A DNA stretch of 64,000 bases, taken from NCBI GenBank assembly GCA_963735035.1, contig CAVTJJ010000003.1, forward strand, positions 224,001 through 288,000. Reading direction: 5' to 3'. A program made the position numbers and the translations under genes. A model generated the notes under the pieces. The model ran no database searches and was not told the origin of the DNA. It saw nothing but the letters and a program-made list of their open reading frames with translations. Shown in pieces: positions 38,727-47,425 of this stretch (position 1 is the stretch's first letter; each line of letters opens with the position of its first letter). This DNA is from an uncultured candidate division Zixibacteria bacterium (lineage in GTDB: Bacteria > Zixibacteria > MSB-5A5 > GN15 > FEB-12).

Positions 38727-41183
38727 TCACAAACAGTTGGACAAACCCATCGACGGACCGGTAATAAACAAGTAGTCGATCAGCATCGAAATATCTCCAA
38801 TCGTAACGTCATCACAAATCGGAGCAGCGGCGCCAGACTGATTGATATCCGCCTCTGAAAGGCAGTTCAGGATTCCGTCGCAAGTCCCGGTAATGAATTT
38901 GGCGTCGATCATGGCGCTGACATCGCCGATCGTGGGTTCATCGCCGCCCGCACCGTTGGCATCGCCGACTCGAGACACACAACAATTGTCAGGCGATCCG
39001 ACCTCAGTCAATTCACGAAGTAATCCTATCTGAATACCCCGCATCGAGGCTGGATTGTCGAGCGACTCGGAGATCCAGATCGGCGGTTGACTCAAACTGT
39101 AAATCTGGTTGGGATCATTCAGAGAAGCGGTATTGACCCGAGTCCACGAACAGTTGCCTTCCCCTCCATACGCGCTGTCGGTGGCGGCGTTGATCAACGT
39201 TATCGCGTGGTGGTTGTCGGTGATCTTCGCGTTGTGATCGCGTTCCGTTTGGATTCGAAGATATGTCGTTTGAATCAGCGGCATAAAGCGGTCAGCTTCG
39301 CGCTCCGACCAGAAAGCCACATCGGCCGTGTCGTGTGGCACGTGACCGCCGTTGATCTGCGCCGTGGCGGTACGGTTGTGCGGCCCTTCGAAATCGAGGA
39401 GAAAGTGTAGCGGCGGATCATCGGGGTATCGCGCGAGCACACCCGAAGCCATCGTGATGCCGTAGGACTGCGAGAAAATACCTATACGTGCCGGATCGAC
39501 TTCCGGCAAACCGGACAGAAACCGGGTCACCTGGCGAAGGCCATCCTGCTGGATGTACCCGTCGTAATCCTCAGTTGTGTACGATCCGCTGTCGGTGGAA
39601 AGCCCTCGACCGTCGGGATCAAAGTGCATAACGATGAATCCGGAATCAGCCACGGCCGCGGCTAGTCCTGACAAATCGAAGCTGTTTCCCGCCCCTGAAC
39701 CGCCCGGCACCATTACCACTCCGGGATAAGTACGAAGCGGATCGAAACCGGTCGGTCGATGAATATGGGCGACTATATCAATTCCACTGGAAGGATTGAA
39801 TAACAGGATCATCTGAGTACCGGCCACTGCGGGCGGACCGACTTCCAGCACCACCGGTGTACTCCCGACATTTATCTGATCAGCCACGGCGGGTAAGATG
39901 ACTCCGGTCTTCACGTTTGTTGCGATCAGGGAGGCGCCTGTCTGCCCCATCGCGGTAAGAATGCCGCCAAGGTTAACAATATCAGCGCCGTCGGTTTCTC
40001 GAAACAACAGCAGCACCGACTTGTTAGGATCGGAGGGATTCTGCGCCGCGTCTCTCAGCATTTCAAAGACTCTTACACCGGGTACGCCGAGTGTGCCGGT
40101 TCGTTCTTCGATGACGCCACAATCTCTTAACGCCCAGGCGAGGTATGGAAACTGATCGGTCGCGGTGTCAGTGGGTAGTGGCTCTCCCCCGGCCGCCTCA
40201 TAGTCTTCGAAGACTCCCTTGAGTTCATGATCGTTGACGAAGCGTGCGATGACGTTACCCCGTGGGGAAGTCTGGCTGGTGAAATTGTCATGCATCCAGG
40301 TGAGCAGGTCGGCGATACCGGCGGCATAAGTCTCCGTCGAGCGGCCGCCATGATTGCACCATCCCCAGCTCCACACTTGCTGCGGCAAACTAAGCCGCTC
40401 CCGCTCCAGCCATTCCATGTAGACGAGCAGAAATTCCTTTTTCAACTGTGGAAATCTGAGATCGAAGAAGATCCGCCGCTCATCCGGACCGTGATAACTG
40501 GCCTCGCCCGGCTGCGGGAAATGCGGATAGGTGACTATACCGTCTGTCCTCCGTTCGACGGTCCAAACAATGTGCTGTCCCCGAGGTATCGGAACCATTT
40601 CCTCAATAGCTCTAAGATTATACCCCAGGTCTACCCAACAGGTGGGGCATTCATAGTGCGACTCGCCGTGCCAGAGCTGATCCGCACCTACCAGACTCGC
40701 CACCAGGTCATGGTTGTCGTGCCAGTGCTGTTCAATTTCGGCTTGTGAAGCCACAAGTTTGTAAGTCCACTGGGTAGGGTCCGCCCCCTGTAGAAACGAG
40801 TGAGAGTGCACTCCCAAATTGTGTCCGGCGGCAAGATGAGCCGCCCAGAGGGCGCTGTCGCCTTCCATTTTCGCCCGGGCAGCATAGGCGCCGCTCATCT
40901 GAAAAGAAATGCGGGCGCCGACCGATTCCGCCTGGCTCATTTCCCACTCAAGCTGACTTTTGGTGTAGTTGTACCTGGCGGTAGTTGTTGAATACGTCGT
41001 CCCCTCAATCAAAGGCGGCATATAATCGATGACGCTTTCGACCTCAACGTGATTGACATACAGGATATGAATCGGCATCTGCGCCGCAGCCTGCCGTTGT
41101 GCCCCCTCCGCCGAGCCGAGGGTGATCGCTACGGTCGCACAAATCGCGACCAGCCATGTGAATACTCTGGTAGAACAGTTCAC
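38727..41183 (-). CDS. Secreted two-enzyme fusion (deacetylase-like barrel plus alpha/beta hydrolase) with C-terminal dockerin-like domain
   Basis: HVE and GHNLGVHSH motifs; VMVPGG, FDPDGRGLS and RIGIFSQSYG hydrolase motifs; terminal tag. Start taken as GTG after GGAGG. Confidence 0.7.
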   Translation of the reverse strand: MNCSTRVFTWLVAICATVAITLGSAEGAQRQAAAQMPIHILYVNHVEVESVIDYMPPLIEGTTYSTTTARYNYTKSQLEWEMSQAESVGARISFQMSGAYAARAKMEGDSALWAAHLAAGHNLGVHSHSFLQGADPTQWTYKLVASQAEIEQHWHDNHDLVASLVGADQLWHGESHYECPTCWVDLGYNLRAIEEMVPIPRGQHIVWTVERRTDGIVTYPHFPQPGEASYHGPDERRIFFDLRFPQLKKEFLLVYMEWLERERLSLPQQVWSWGWCNHGGRSTETYAAGIADLLTWMHDNFTSQTSPRGNVIARFVNDHELKGVFEDYEAAGGEPLPTDTATDQFPYLAWALRDCGVIEERTGTLGVPGVRVFEMLRDAAQNPSDPNKSVLLLFRETDGADIVNLGGILTAMGQTGASLIATNVKTGVILPAVADQINVGSTPVVLEVGPPAVAGTQMILLFNPSSGIDIVAHIHRPTGFDPLRTYPGVVMVPGGSGAGNSFDLSGLAAAVADSGFIVMHFDPDGRGLSTDSGSYTTEDYDGYIQQDGLRQVTRFLSGLPEVDPARIGIFSQSYGITMASGVLARYPDDPPLHFLLDFEGPHNRTATAQINGGHVPHDTADVAFWSEREADRFMPLIQTTYLRIQTERDHNAKITDNHHAITLINAATDSAYGGEGNCSWTRVNTASLNDPNQIYSLSQPPIWISESLDNPASMRGIQIGLLRELTEVGSPDNCCVSRVGDANGAGGDEPTIGDVSAMIDAKFITGTCDGILNCLSEADINQSGAAAPICDDVTIGDISMLIDYLFITGPSMGLSNCL

Positions 41184-41443
41184 TTCACCTCCGAACAAAA
41201 GAAGTTCAGAAACAAAACATGTTCAATTCGAGTCTCTTGAGAGCGAAGAGAACCGATACGACTTTACAAACACCGTCTCGTCAGCCAGCCCGATTACCGG
41301 CCATCAATTGATCAATCAGAAGACATGCAAGTGGTGCGCATATTCGCGACCGCAGGCGGTGTCTTTGTCATCGCCAGGGTCGCTTATGTTCTCAATACAG
41401 TGCTAATATAGACCAAAAAGATCATTACTGCAAGAATTGATAC

Positions 41444-41479
41444 AAAAAAGTCTCCGGACCAACTTGATCCGGAGACTTT
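41444..41479 (-). terminator. Rho-independent terminator
   Basis: AAAGTCTCCGGA-N9-TCCGGAGACTTT ending in a T6 run on the minus strand. Confidence 0.8.
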
Positions 41480-41520
41480 CTCAATAGTATGACAGACTCA
41501 ATTACACTTCTACATAGATA

Positions 41521-42975
41521 TCACGGACAGTCGGGAAGGCCTCGCGCAGGTCCTGTGATAAACAAATAATCGATCAGCGCCGAAATGTCGCCGATCGTTA
41601 TGGCGTCACAAGTAGGAATGACGCCACCGGACAAGTTTATATCTCCCTCGCCCAAACACACTATATTGGTGCCGATACCGGAGGAGATACAGGTACCGGT
41701 GATGAACTTGGCGTCGATCATCACGCTGACGTCACCTATAGTTGGTTCATCGCCACCTGTGCCGTTGGCATCGCCAACCCGGCCCATACAGCAGTTGATC
41801 TTGACGGAGACCGGAGCGGACCAGGCTGTTTCTGCTCCAAACGCATCTTTGACCTTGACCTTGACCTCGTAATTGCCAAAATCAGTCCACGAGTGCGAGG
41901 CGAGTGCCGAAGCTCCGGAATTGTATGGGCCGAGCCAGCCGGTGTTCTGACCATCACCCCAGTCCCACCAATAGTATATCATGTTGGCTTCGGGATCGGT
42001 GGCCTCTGAAGCGAATTGCATGTTCTGAAGTGGCAGCCTTTGTCCGCCGCCCATCACTATCGAAGGAGTTGGCGGAGCGGTATTGGCCGGCACGCCGTTG
42101 CCCACTGCAACATGGACTCTGACTTGATTGTTGCCCAGCCAGTCAAGGGTGGTAAGCATGTCGAGCGCCGGCACAACTCGTTGGCCAGACGCTATGATTT
42201 CCGGTTCATAATACGGAACCAGCACATCCTCCGGGTACTCCGCGGGAGCGCCACCCATTTTGGCCCTATAGCCGGCATCTATGTACACGCAGGGGAAAAC
42301 CGTCATGTAAGCCGATTGAATGCGGGCATGGGCCATCGGGTTAACGTCATCGACCATGGCCACGTAGAACATCGGATACTCACCTGACTGATCTATCACG
42401 TGGAGCGCGGACCGCGCTCTTGTGCAGTATGGTCACCAGGTGGCCGTTGCTTCCTCGATAAAAATCGGGTGCGTATATGGCGAAGTCGCCTGGCTGTGCC
42501 CCACTACACCGGGCGTAGCGGCCGCTGCGACATCGGCGTAGCGAGCCTGAAAATACCGTCCGTTGGGCGGATCGGCGTCAGTCAGTACCGTCTGCGACCT
42601 GAACGCCACACCAATCGCCTTAAGGTTGTCCGGGAAGATCTCACCTATGGCCGTCGTGGAGGCGTCCCACGTGCCGGTCAGGTAGACCTTTTCGCCATCG
42701 AGCAGGTTGAAGTTTGAGACCAGAGGAAAGTCAAGAAAACCGTTCTGATAGAAGTCGTCGTTTAGATCGGTCCACCGGGCCATCGGCTCTACGAGGAACA
42801 CTCGTATGGTCCCGGAATAGCTTGCCTCACCATTATCCGGGGCGAGCAAAGGAGGGTTGTCTGGAGGCGTTCCGGGGTTATCGGAACCGCTTTCACAAAC
42901 TTTCCACTCTCCCGCTGTCGCCACAGATACAAAAATGAGGATCAAGCCTACGATTAGTAGGGGGTAACGTTGCAT
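41521..42975 (-). CDS. Putative secreted selenoprotein (thioredoxin/Omp28-like UxxC domain, PKD and dockerin-like domain), reading through TGA at 42433-42435
   Basis: The two ORF-track ORFs are in the same frame: ...FIEEATATW-TGA-PYCTRARSALHVIDQSGEYP.... The signal peptide is on the 5' part only and the tag on the 3' part only. A SECIS-like hairpin follows the TGA. Confidence 0.85.
42403..42419 (-). promoter_or_regulatory. Bacterial SECIS-like hairpin
   Basis: GAGCGCGGUCCGCGCUC begins 13 nt after the in-frame UGA and has GGUC at the apex. Confidence 0.75.
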
Positions 42976-43033
42976 CGGATCCTTTCGCGTACTCTTTGCG
43001 GAGTTTACCTGTCCTCTTGAATCACATGTCGAT

Positions 43034-43061
43034 AATATACCAAAATAGTCGCAAAATGCAA
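43034..43061 (-). promoter_or_regulatory. Sigma70-type promoter of the selenoprotein gene
   Basis: TTGCAT-N16-TATATT. Confidence 0.45.
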
Positions 43062-43135
43062 CATCCGACATTGGTCATCAGCCATCGGGTTATTGAGGAT
43101 AACCAACCGAAGGAATAGATATCCGCAACCGCGCT

Positions 43136-44371
43136 TCAGAATCGAACCGTTACCCCGGCGTTCACTGAGAAGTCATCGTATTTGTAAACTAGGACGGTCG
43201 AGTTGTTGTCAGTGTAGTCGGCCTGGATACTTGGCTCCAAAGTTACCCCGTTACCCATTTGAAGGGGGCACTGAACTTTGATATCGAACCGCCGACGCCA
43301 ATCGGTGCGGTCCTGAGCGTACAGCAGGCTCACGGTCGATCTCAGCTCCTGAAGAAATCCGAATGGCTTTAGCTCTCGTTCTACGGTGCGCAGGTGTTCC
43401 CGCTCCCAGAACCCGGCCGAGAAGGTGGTAATCAGTCGGGGAATCAAATATGTCTTCAACTTCAGGACGACGGCCTGTCCGGCGAAATCGCCCAACCAGG
43501 GCGATAGATAGCCGGTCGAGTATCCGTAGATAACCGCATTCTTGTCATGATCGAGAAACTGCCGGTTCGAATAAGTCAACGCCAGACCGGTCTTCCTCCC
43601 GAGAGATCGGGAGATGCGCGGCGAAATGTAGAATGATCTAAGTCGGTCAGTAAGAAGGATCGAATACTGTTCGCCGGGAAGGATTTCGGCACGGGTCACC
43701 ATCGTGTCTGGAACACCGAACTCCGGGACGCCCTTGATTAATTTCAAGGGATTTACGTACTGGTACCTTCCGGTCGAGTATCCCAACTCCAGATCTATAG
43801 CGTACGAGCCAAACAGGGTCGTATTGGCTCCAGCCGTGACATCCATTTTCTTTCGGTCAATTACACCATCGATCTTGTACTGCGTGGATGATAGTGAAAG
43901 TCCCGCCCGCAATTGCGTTCGGGAACTCAGGCGGTAGCCCACGCCGAAGGTACCGTCATATACGTCGCCGGTGATTTCATTGGGGTTTAGAGAGTTCGAA
44001 CTCGCGGTGGTATGGTGATACCGACGCTTCTTGAAATTGCCTTCGAGGTAGGTCGAGATACGCGACGAATCGCGGAACGGTATGATCGTCAAGCCGCCGC
44101 CGTAGACCAGGTTGCTTAGATTGATGAACTTGCTGTAGTACTTATGCTCTACTACCAGATTCAGACGGGCAAACCTGAGCGGGTACCAGTTCGCATCAAC
44201 AGTGGAAGTGCTGTATCCGTCCTCCTTCGAGGTCGAGTCCGAAAAGAGATTGCTCGTTGAACTTGCGGACGTCGAGACTTTGACATCAAAGTTAGCGGCA
44301 TTCACCAATGGTGTGACAAAGGCGATTGTCAGGATTAAGAACAATCCGAGGAGCGCGCGGAGAGCTTTCAT
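43136..44371 (-). CDS. Outer-membrane beta-barrel protein
   Basis: Signal peptide; alternating amphipathic strands; C-terminal VNAGVTVRF. TAATG coupling with the upstream gene. Confidence 0.75.
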   Translation of the reverse strand: MKALRALLGLFLILTIAFVTPLVNAANFDVKVSTSASSTSNLFSDSTSKEDGYSTSTVDANWYPLRFARLNLVVEHKYYSKFINLSNLVYGGGLTIIPFRDSSRISTYLEGNFKKRRYHHTTASSNSLNPNEITGDVYDGTFGVGYRLSSRTQLRAGLSLSSTQYKIDGVIDRKKMDVTAGANTTLFGSYAIDLELGYSTGRYQYVNPLKLIKGVPEFGVPDTMVTRAEILPGEQYSILLTDRLRSFYISPRISRSLGRKTGLALTYSNRQFLDHDKNAVIYGYSTGYLSPWLGDFAGQAVVLKLKTYLIPRLITTFSAGFWEREHLRTVERELKPFGFLQELRSTVSLLYAQDRTDWRRRFDIKVQCPLQMGNGVTLEPSIQADYTDNNSTVLVYKYDDFSVNAGVTVRF

Positions 44372-44790
44372 TAGAAACACACTCCTCCGGCGCAGCCACC
44401 ACCAGCGCCGAGTCCCCCGCCTAAACCCAGGCCTGAGCCGAAACCGGTATCGAAGTCGAGACGATCTTCACTGACAGCCCGGGCGGCAAATTTGCGACGA
44501 CCGAAGGCGTCCTTGCAGTGGAGATGGGCCTGCATACCGACCCCGGTATTGGTGTTTGTGAACATCTGCGACACCTGAAGCTGGCCGACTGAGGCCGATA
44601 CAAAGCCGTGGCGCTCAACTTCATCGGGGATGCCGTCGGTATCGTCATCGGGGGCGTTGTCGTCGAACCCATCACCGTCACAGTCAGTGAAAACAGTCGG
44701 TCCGGAAGGAAGAACTGAGGGGGCGGAGGCAAAGACCAAAATGGCTGCCAGCCAGAATGACGCCAGAATGGCGGAAAGCTTGTAGGGCAT
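44371..44790 (-). CDS. Small secreted protein with DxDxDG calcium-binding motifs and a Gly-rich two-Cys tail
   Basis: Signal peptide; DCDGDGFDDNAPDDDTDGIPD; ends GGGLGAGGGCAGGVCF. Confidence 0.7.
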   Translation of the reverse strand: MPYKLSAILASFWLAAILVFASAPSVLPSGPTVFTDCDGDGFDDNAPDDDTDGIPDEVERHGFVSASVGQLQVSQMFTNTNTGVGMQAHLHCKDAFGRRKFAARAVSEDRLDFDTGFGSGLGLGGGLGAGGGCAGGVCF

Positions 44791-44887
44791 CGGCGATTTC
44801 TTTCTAAACCAGATCGTTATCGTCTCAGGGCCACAAGCGTCTAATCTACGTCAATTCTGTGCGTTCTGTCAATATGCGAACTGGTCG

Positions 44888-46441
44888 CTACAAACATGCC
44901 GGCAGGCCCATAGATGAGCCGGTTATAAACAGATAATCGATCAGGATTGAGATGTCGCCGATCGTAATATTGTCACACGTGGGGTTTGATCCTCCCGACT
45001 GGTTTATGTCTGCCTCGAGTAGACACCCTATGATACCATCACAAGAACCAGTGATAAACTTGGCGTCGATCAGCACGCTGACATCGCCTATGGTTGGTTC
45101 ATCATCTCCGCTGTTGTTGGAGTCGCCAACCCTGCCGACACAGCATCCCACCTGGCATTGCCCGGCCTCACCGTAAACCCAGAATGCCGGATATTTGGTC
45201 ATGCCAAGAACGGCGGCATCATAACAGACCCCGGAAGGCTGAGTCCTGATCCAGTTCTCGCAGGCCCCGGCGGTGGGACTATTGAGTTCCCGTCCGGGCC
45301 CCGGAGCCCCGGAGTGATGGAATTCCAGCCCGATGAAAAACGGCTGGTCGACGCAGCATTGACCGTCCGAAAACTGAAATTGACTGGGAACGGAATCGTT
45401 CCCGGTCGCCGAGGTCGTAAACCGAAATAGCTCCACCCCGGGGCCATCACACGAATCCCCGGCCGGAATGATGTCGTAAACGACGATATCCACGTCCTGC
45501 GTCGCGGTATTTCCTCCAAACATGAACCGGAAACCACCAAGTTCGAAGGGATATGGAGAACTACCGCAATCTACTGCCGGATTGTAGAAGGTGTACAGCC
45601 CTTCACCTGCCACAAAACCGCTCAGAAAGACCCAGGAGTTGTCTCCGGTTGTGTTAGTCATGACACAACTGTAGACCGGAGTGCACGGATTGGGATCACA
45701 GTCGGTGTTGTCACCCATGTAGGTTCCTCCCTCCGCTGCACATTCGGCCTGGGTGCTGATCGAGCAAGTACCGAACGGATCGCAGCAGGCGCCCGGTACC
45801 CGACAAAGCCCCGTCTGACCGTCAATCCAGAATGCCGGATAATAGGCGAAGCCGAAATTGATGGCATCGATGAAACTTCCGCCGGTCAGGATGTAGTTCT
45901 CGCATCGGTTCGCCAGAGGCGGGCTGACCGTCTGACGGGCCGGACCCGGCAGGCCGCTGTGTTGAAACTCCAGCCCCATGAAAAAGGGACCGTCGACACA
46001 AAGCGCGCCCGGTAGGAAGTTATAGAGTTGGGGAGTGGAATTGTTTCCCCGCACCTGAATCGACGTGCGAAAAAGCTCCGCGCCCGGCCCCAGGCAGGAG
46101 TCCGAGGAAATGGCATCGTAAGCAACAATGTCGACAATCACCTGACTGGCCGCTCCGCCCATCATGAATTGGAACGAGAGGACCTCATACGGATAGGCGG
46201 CCGTCCCACAATCTTCACTCGGGTTGAAGAACGTATATATTCCCTCGCCGGACACGAACCCTGCCTGAAAGCTCCACGAGGTAGTCGAGGTCACATTGGT
46301 CATGCGGCAGGGCGCGTCAGTATTGAGAGATACGATCGGGGCGGAAGAGACAGAGCCGGTCACCAGCAGAACGATCGCAGCCGCGAAAACACGGCGCGGT
46401 ACCCTCGGACGGACATTCACATACAACGCTCTAAAGAACAC
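44888..46441 (-). CDS. Secreted Cys-rich protein with a duplicated ~170-aa domain, GACC linker module and C-terminal dockerin-like domain
   Basis: Two copies of CxMTN...GFVxGEGxYTFxNP..DCG..YP.E...YPAFW; linker GACCDPFGTC...C...GGTYMGDNTDCDPNPC. Confidence 0.78.
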   Translation of the reverse strand: MFFRALYVNVRPRVPRRVFAAAIVLLVTGSVSSAPIVSLNTDAPCRMTNVTSTTSWSFQAGFVSGEGIYTFFNPSEDCGTAAYPYEVLSFQFMMGGAASQVIVDIVAYDAISSDSCLGPGAELFRTSIQVRGNNSTPQLYNFLPGALCVDGPFFMGLEFQHSGLPGPARQTVSPPLANRCENYILTGGSFIDAINFGFAYYPAFWIDGQTGLCRVPGACCDPFGTCSISTQAECAAEGGTYMGDNTDCDPNPCTPVYSCVMTNTTGDNSWVFLSGFVAGEGLYTFYNPAVDCGSSPYPFELGGFRFMFGGNTATQDVDIVVYDIIPAGDSCDGPGVELFRFTTSATGNDSVPSQFQFSDGQCCVDQPFFIGLEFHHSGAPGPGRELNSPTAGACENWIRTQPSGVCYDAAVLGMTKYPAFWVYGEAGQCQVGCCVGRVGDSNNSGDDEPTIGDVSVLIDAKFITGSCDGIIGCLLEADINQSGGSNPTCDNITIGDISILIDYLFITGSSMGLPACL

Positions 46442-46555
46442 GACTCACCTCCCTGAGATTTGTACAGGCGCGATGGAACAGAGCCCCGAACGGGGCCCAC
46501 CCGCGCGGAAAGAGCGACCCTCATAGGTCGAGCGACTATCTTACTCTAATGGAAT

Positions 46556-46583
46556 AATATACCAACGATGCCACGATTGTCAA
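46556..46583 (-). promoter_or_regulatory. Sigma70-type promoter
   Basis: TTGACA-N16-TATATT upstream of the 44888..46441 gene. Confidence 0.55.
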
Positions 46584-46639
46584 GCTTAGAAAGGAGATAC
46601 CGCCTCTGAGAGCCAACGCGTTGTTACCGGCCACGAAGT

Positions 46640-46713
46640 ATCCCTCGAGGGCATGGCCCACAAGGGATTGATTTGGTGCGGAGGGGGGATCTGAGCCCCG
46701 TAGCGACTTCGCA
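46640..46713 (-). repeat. Degenerate direct repeat of the tRNA-Leu 3' end and its terminator (att-like site or pseudo-tRNA)
   Basis: ATCCCTCGAGG...CAAGGGATTGA-TTTGGTGCGGA-GGGGGGATCTGAGCCCC compared with ATCCCTCGAGG...CAAGGGATTGAAATTGGTGCGGAAGGGGGGATTTGAACCCC at 50604-50665. Confidence 0.8.
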
Positions 46714-46720
46714 GAATTTC

Positions 46721-46805
46721 GTAGGGCGGAACCCCTTGGTGCCTGCTCGCTTTGGCGAGGTTCGGCCGTTCGTATCGGGACTATAAAGGTCCCGACCTAC
46801 AAGGC
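46721..46805. repeat. REP-like element 2
   Basis: GTAGG...hairpins...CGACCTACAAGGC. Confidence 0.6.
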
Positions 46806-46810
46806 CGTTC

Positions 46811-47305
46811 TCACAAACAGTTCGGCAGACCAAGCGTCGGGCCGGTGACAAACAAATAGTCGATCAAGACTGAAATATCACCAATCGTGATATCTCCCGC
46901 AGTTGGATTCGCACCGCCCGACTGATTGATATCTGCCTCGGTCAGGCATGAGATCACTCCAGTATTACCCGAAATGAACAGCGCGTCGATCAAAACTGAT
47001 ATGTCGCCAATAGTTGGCTCATCACCGCCTGCGCCGTTGGCGTCGCCGACCCTGCCGACACAGCAGCCAAGCGAACCAAGAAGAGGCCAGTACCCCTGAC
47101 TGGATTGAAAGCTCGCAGACGTACCGAAGCCGGCCGCAGCCTGAGCAGCGCTCGCACTGACTTTGAAGCTGGTCGAAGTACCTACCGTTCCTCCGGATGA
47201 AATCACCTGTCGCGTAAACTTGTAATTATCAGCGAGGACAATTCCGGCAACGATGAATAAAACGAGCGCTGTGCGCCAACACAATCTGAATATCTGGTTA
47301 ATCAT
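46811..47305 (-). CDS. Small secreted adaptor-like protein with C-terminal dockerin-like domain
   Basis: Signal peptide; FTRQVISSGG..STSFKVSASAAQ...QGYWP motif, similar to that in 33240..33929; terminal tag. Confidence 0.75.
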   Translation of the reverse strand: MINQIFRLCWRTALVLFIVAGIVLADNYKFTRQVISSGGTVGTSTSFKVSASAAQAAAGFGTSASFQSSQGYWPLLGSLGCCVGRVGDANGAGGDEPTIGDISVLIDALFISGNTGVISCLTEADINQSGGANPTAGDITIGDISVLIDYLFVTGPTLGLPNCL

Positions 47306-47425
47306 GCTGTCAACCTTCTTAATAGGTTCTTCTTGTACTAGCATAACGTCTGGACTGGCTCTTCGGGGAAGCCTTCACGACCTCTCACCTCAGGCCACAA
47401 ATGGAGGGCTACCCTTCAACTACAA

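Noticed and set aside
35754..38990. Similar tag copies as a diversity-generating retroelement TR/VR pair
   Set aside because: No reverse transcriptase is in the window, both copies are coding, and the differences are not adenine-specific.
42433..42435. Genome-wide TGA reassignment (Trp/Gly) as the explanation for the readthrough
   Set aside because: TGA is a normal stop elsewhere (e.g. TGATG at 3175, carB, several tag ends). Only this TGA sits at a Cys column with a downstream hairpin.
20837..45176. Recurring plus-strand ORFs beginning MSPIV... (20837, 21929, 41585, 44952)
   Set aside because: These are antisense shadows of the conserved tag coding sequence.
3830..47305. A classical cellulosome
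   Set aside because: No recognisable cellulase or multi-cohesin scaffoldin is in the window, the host is diderm, and the cargo is proteases, adhesin-like and redox proteins.
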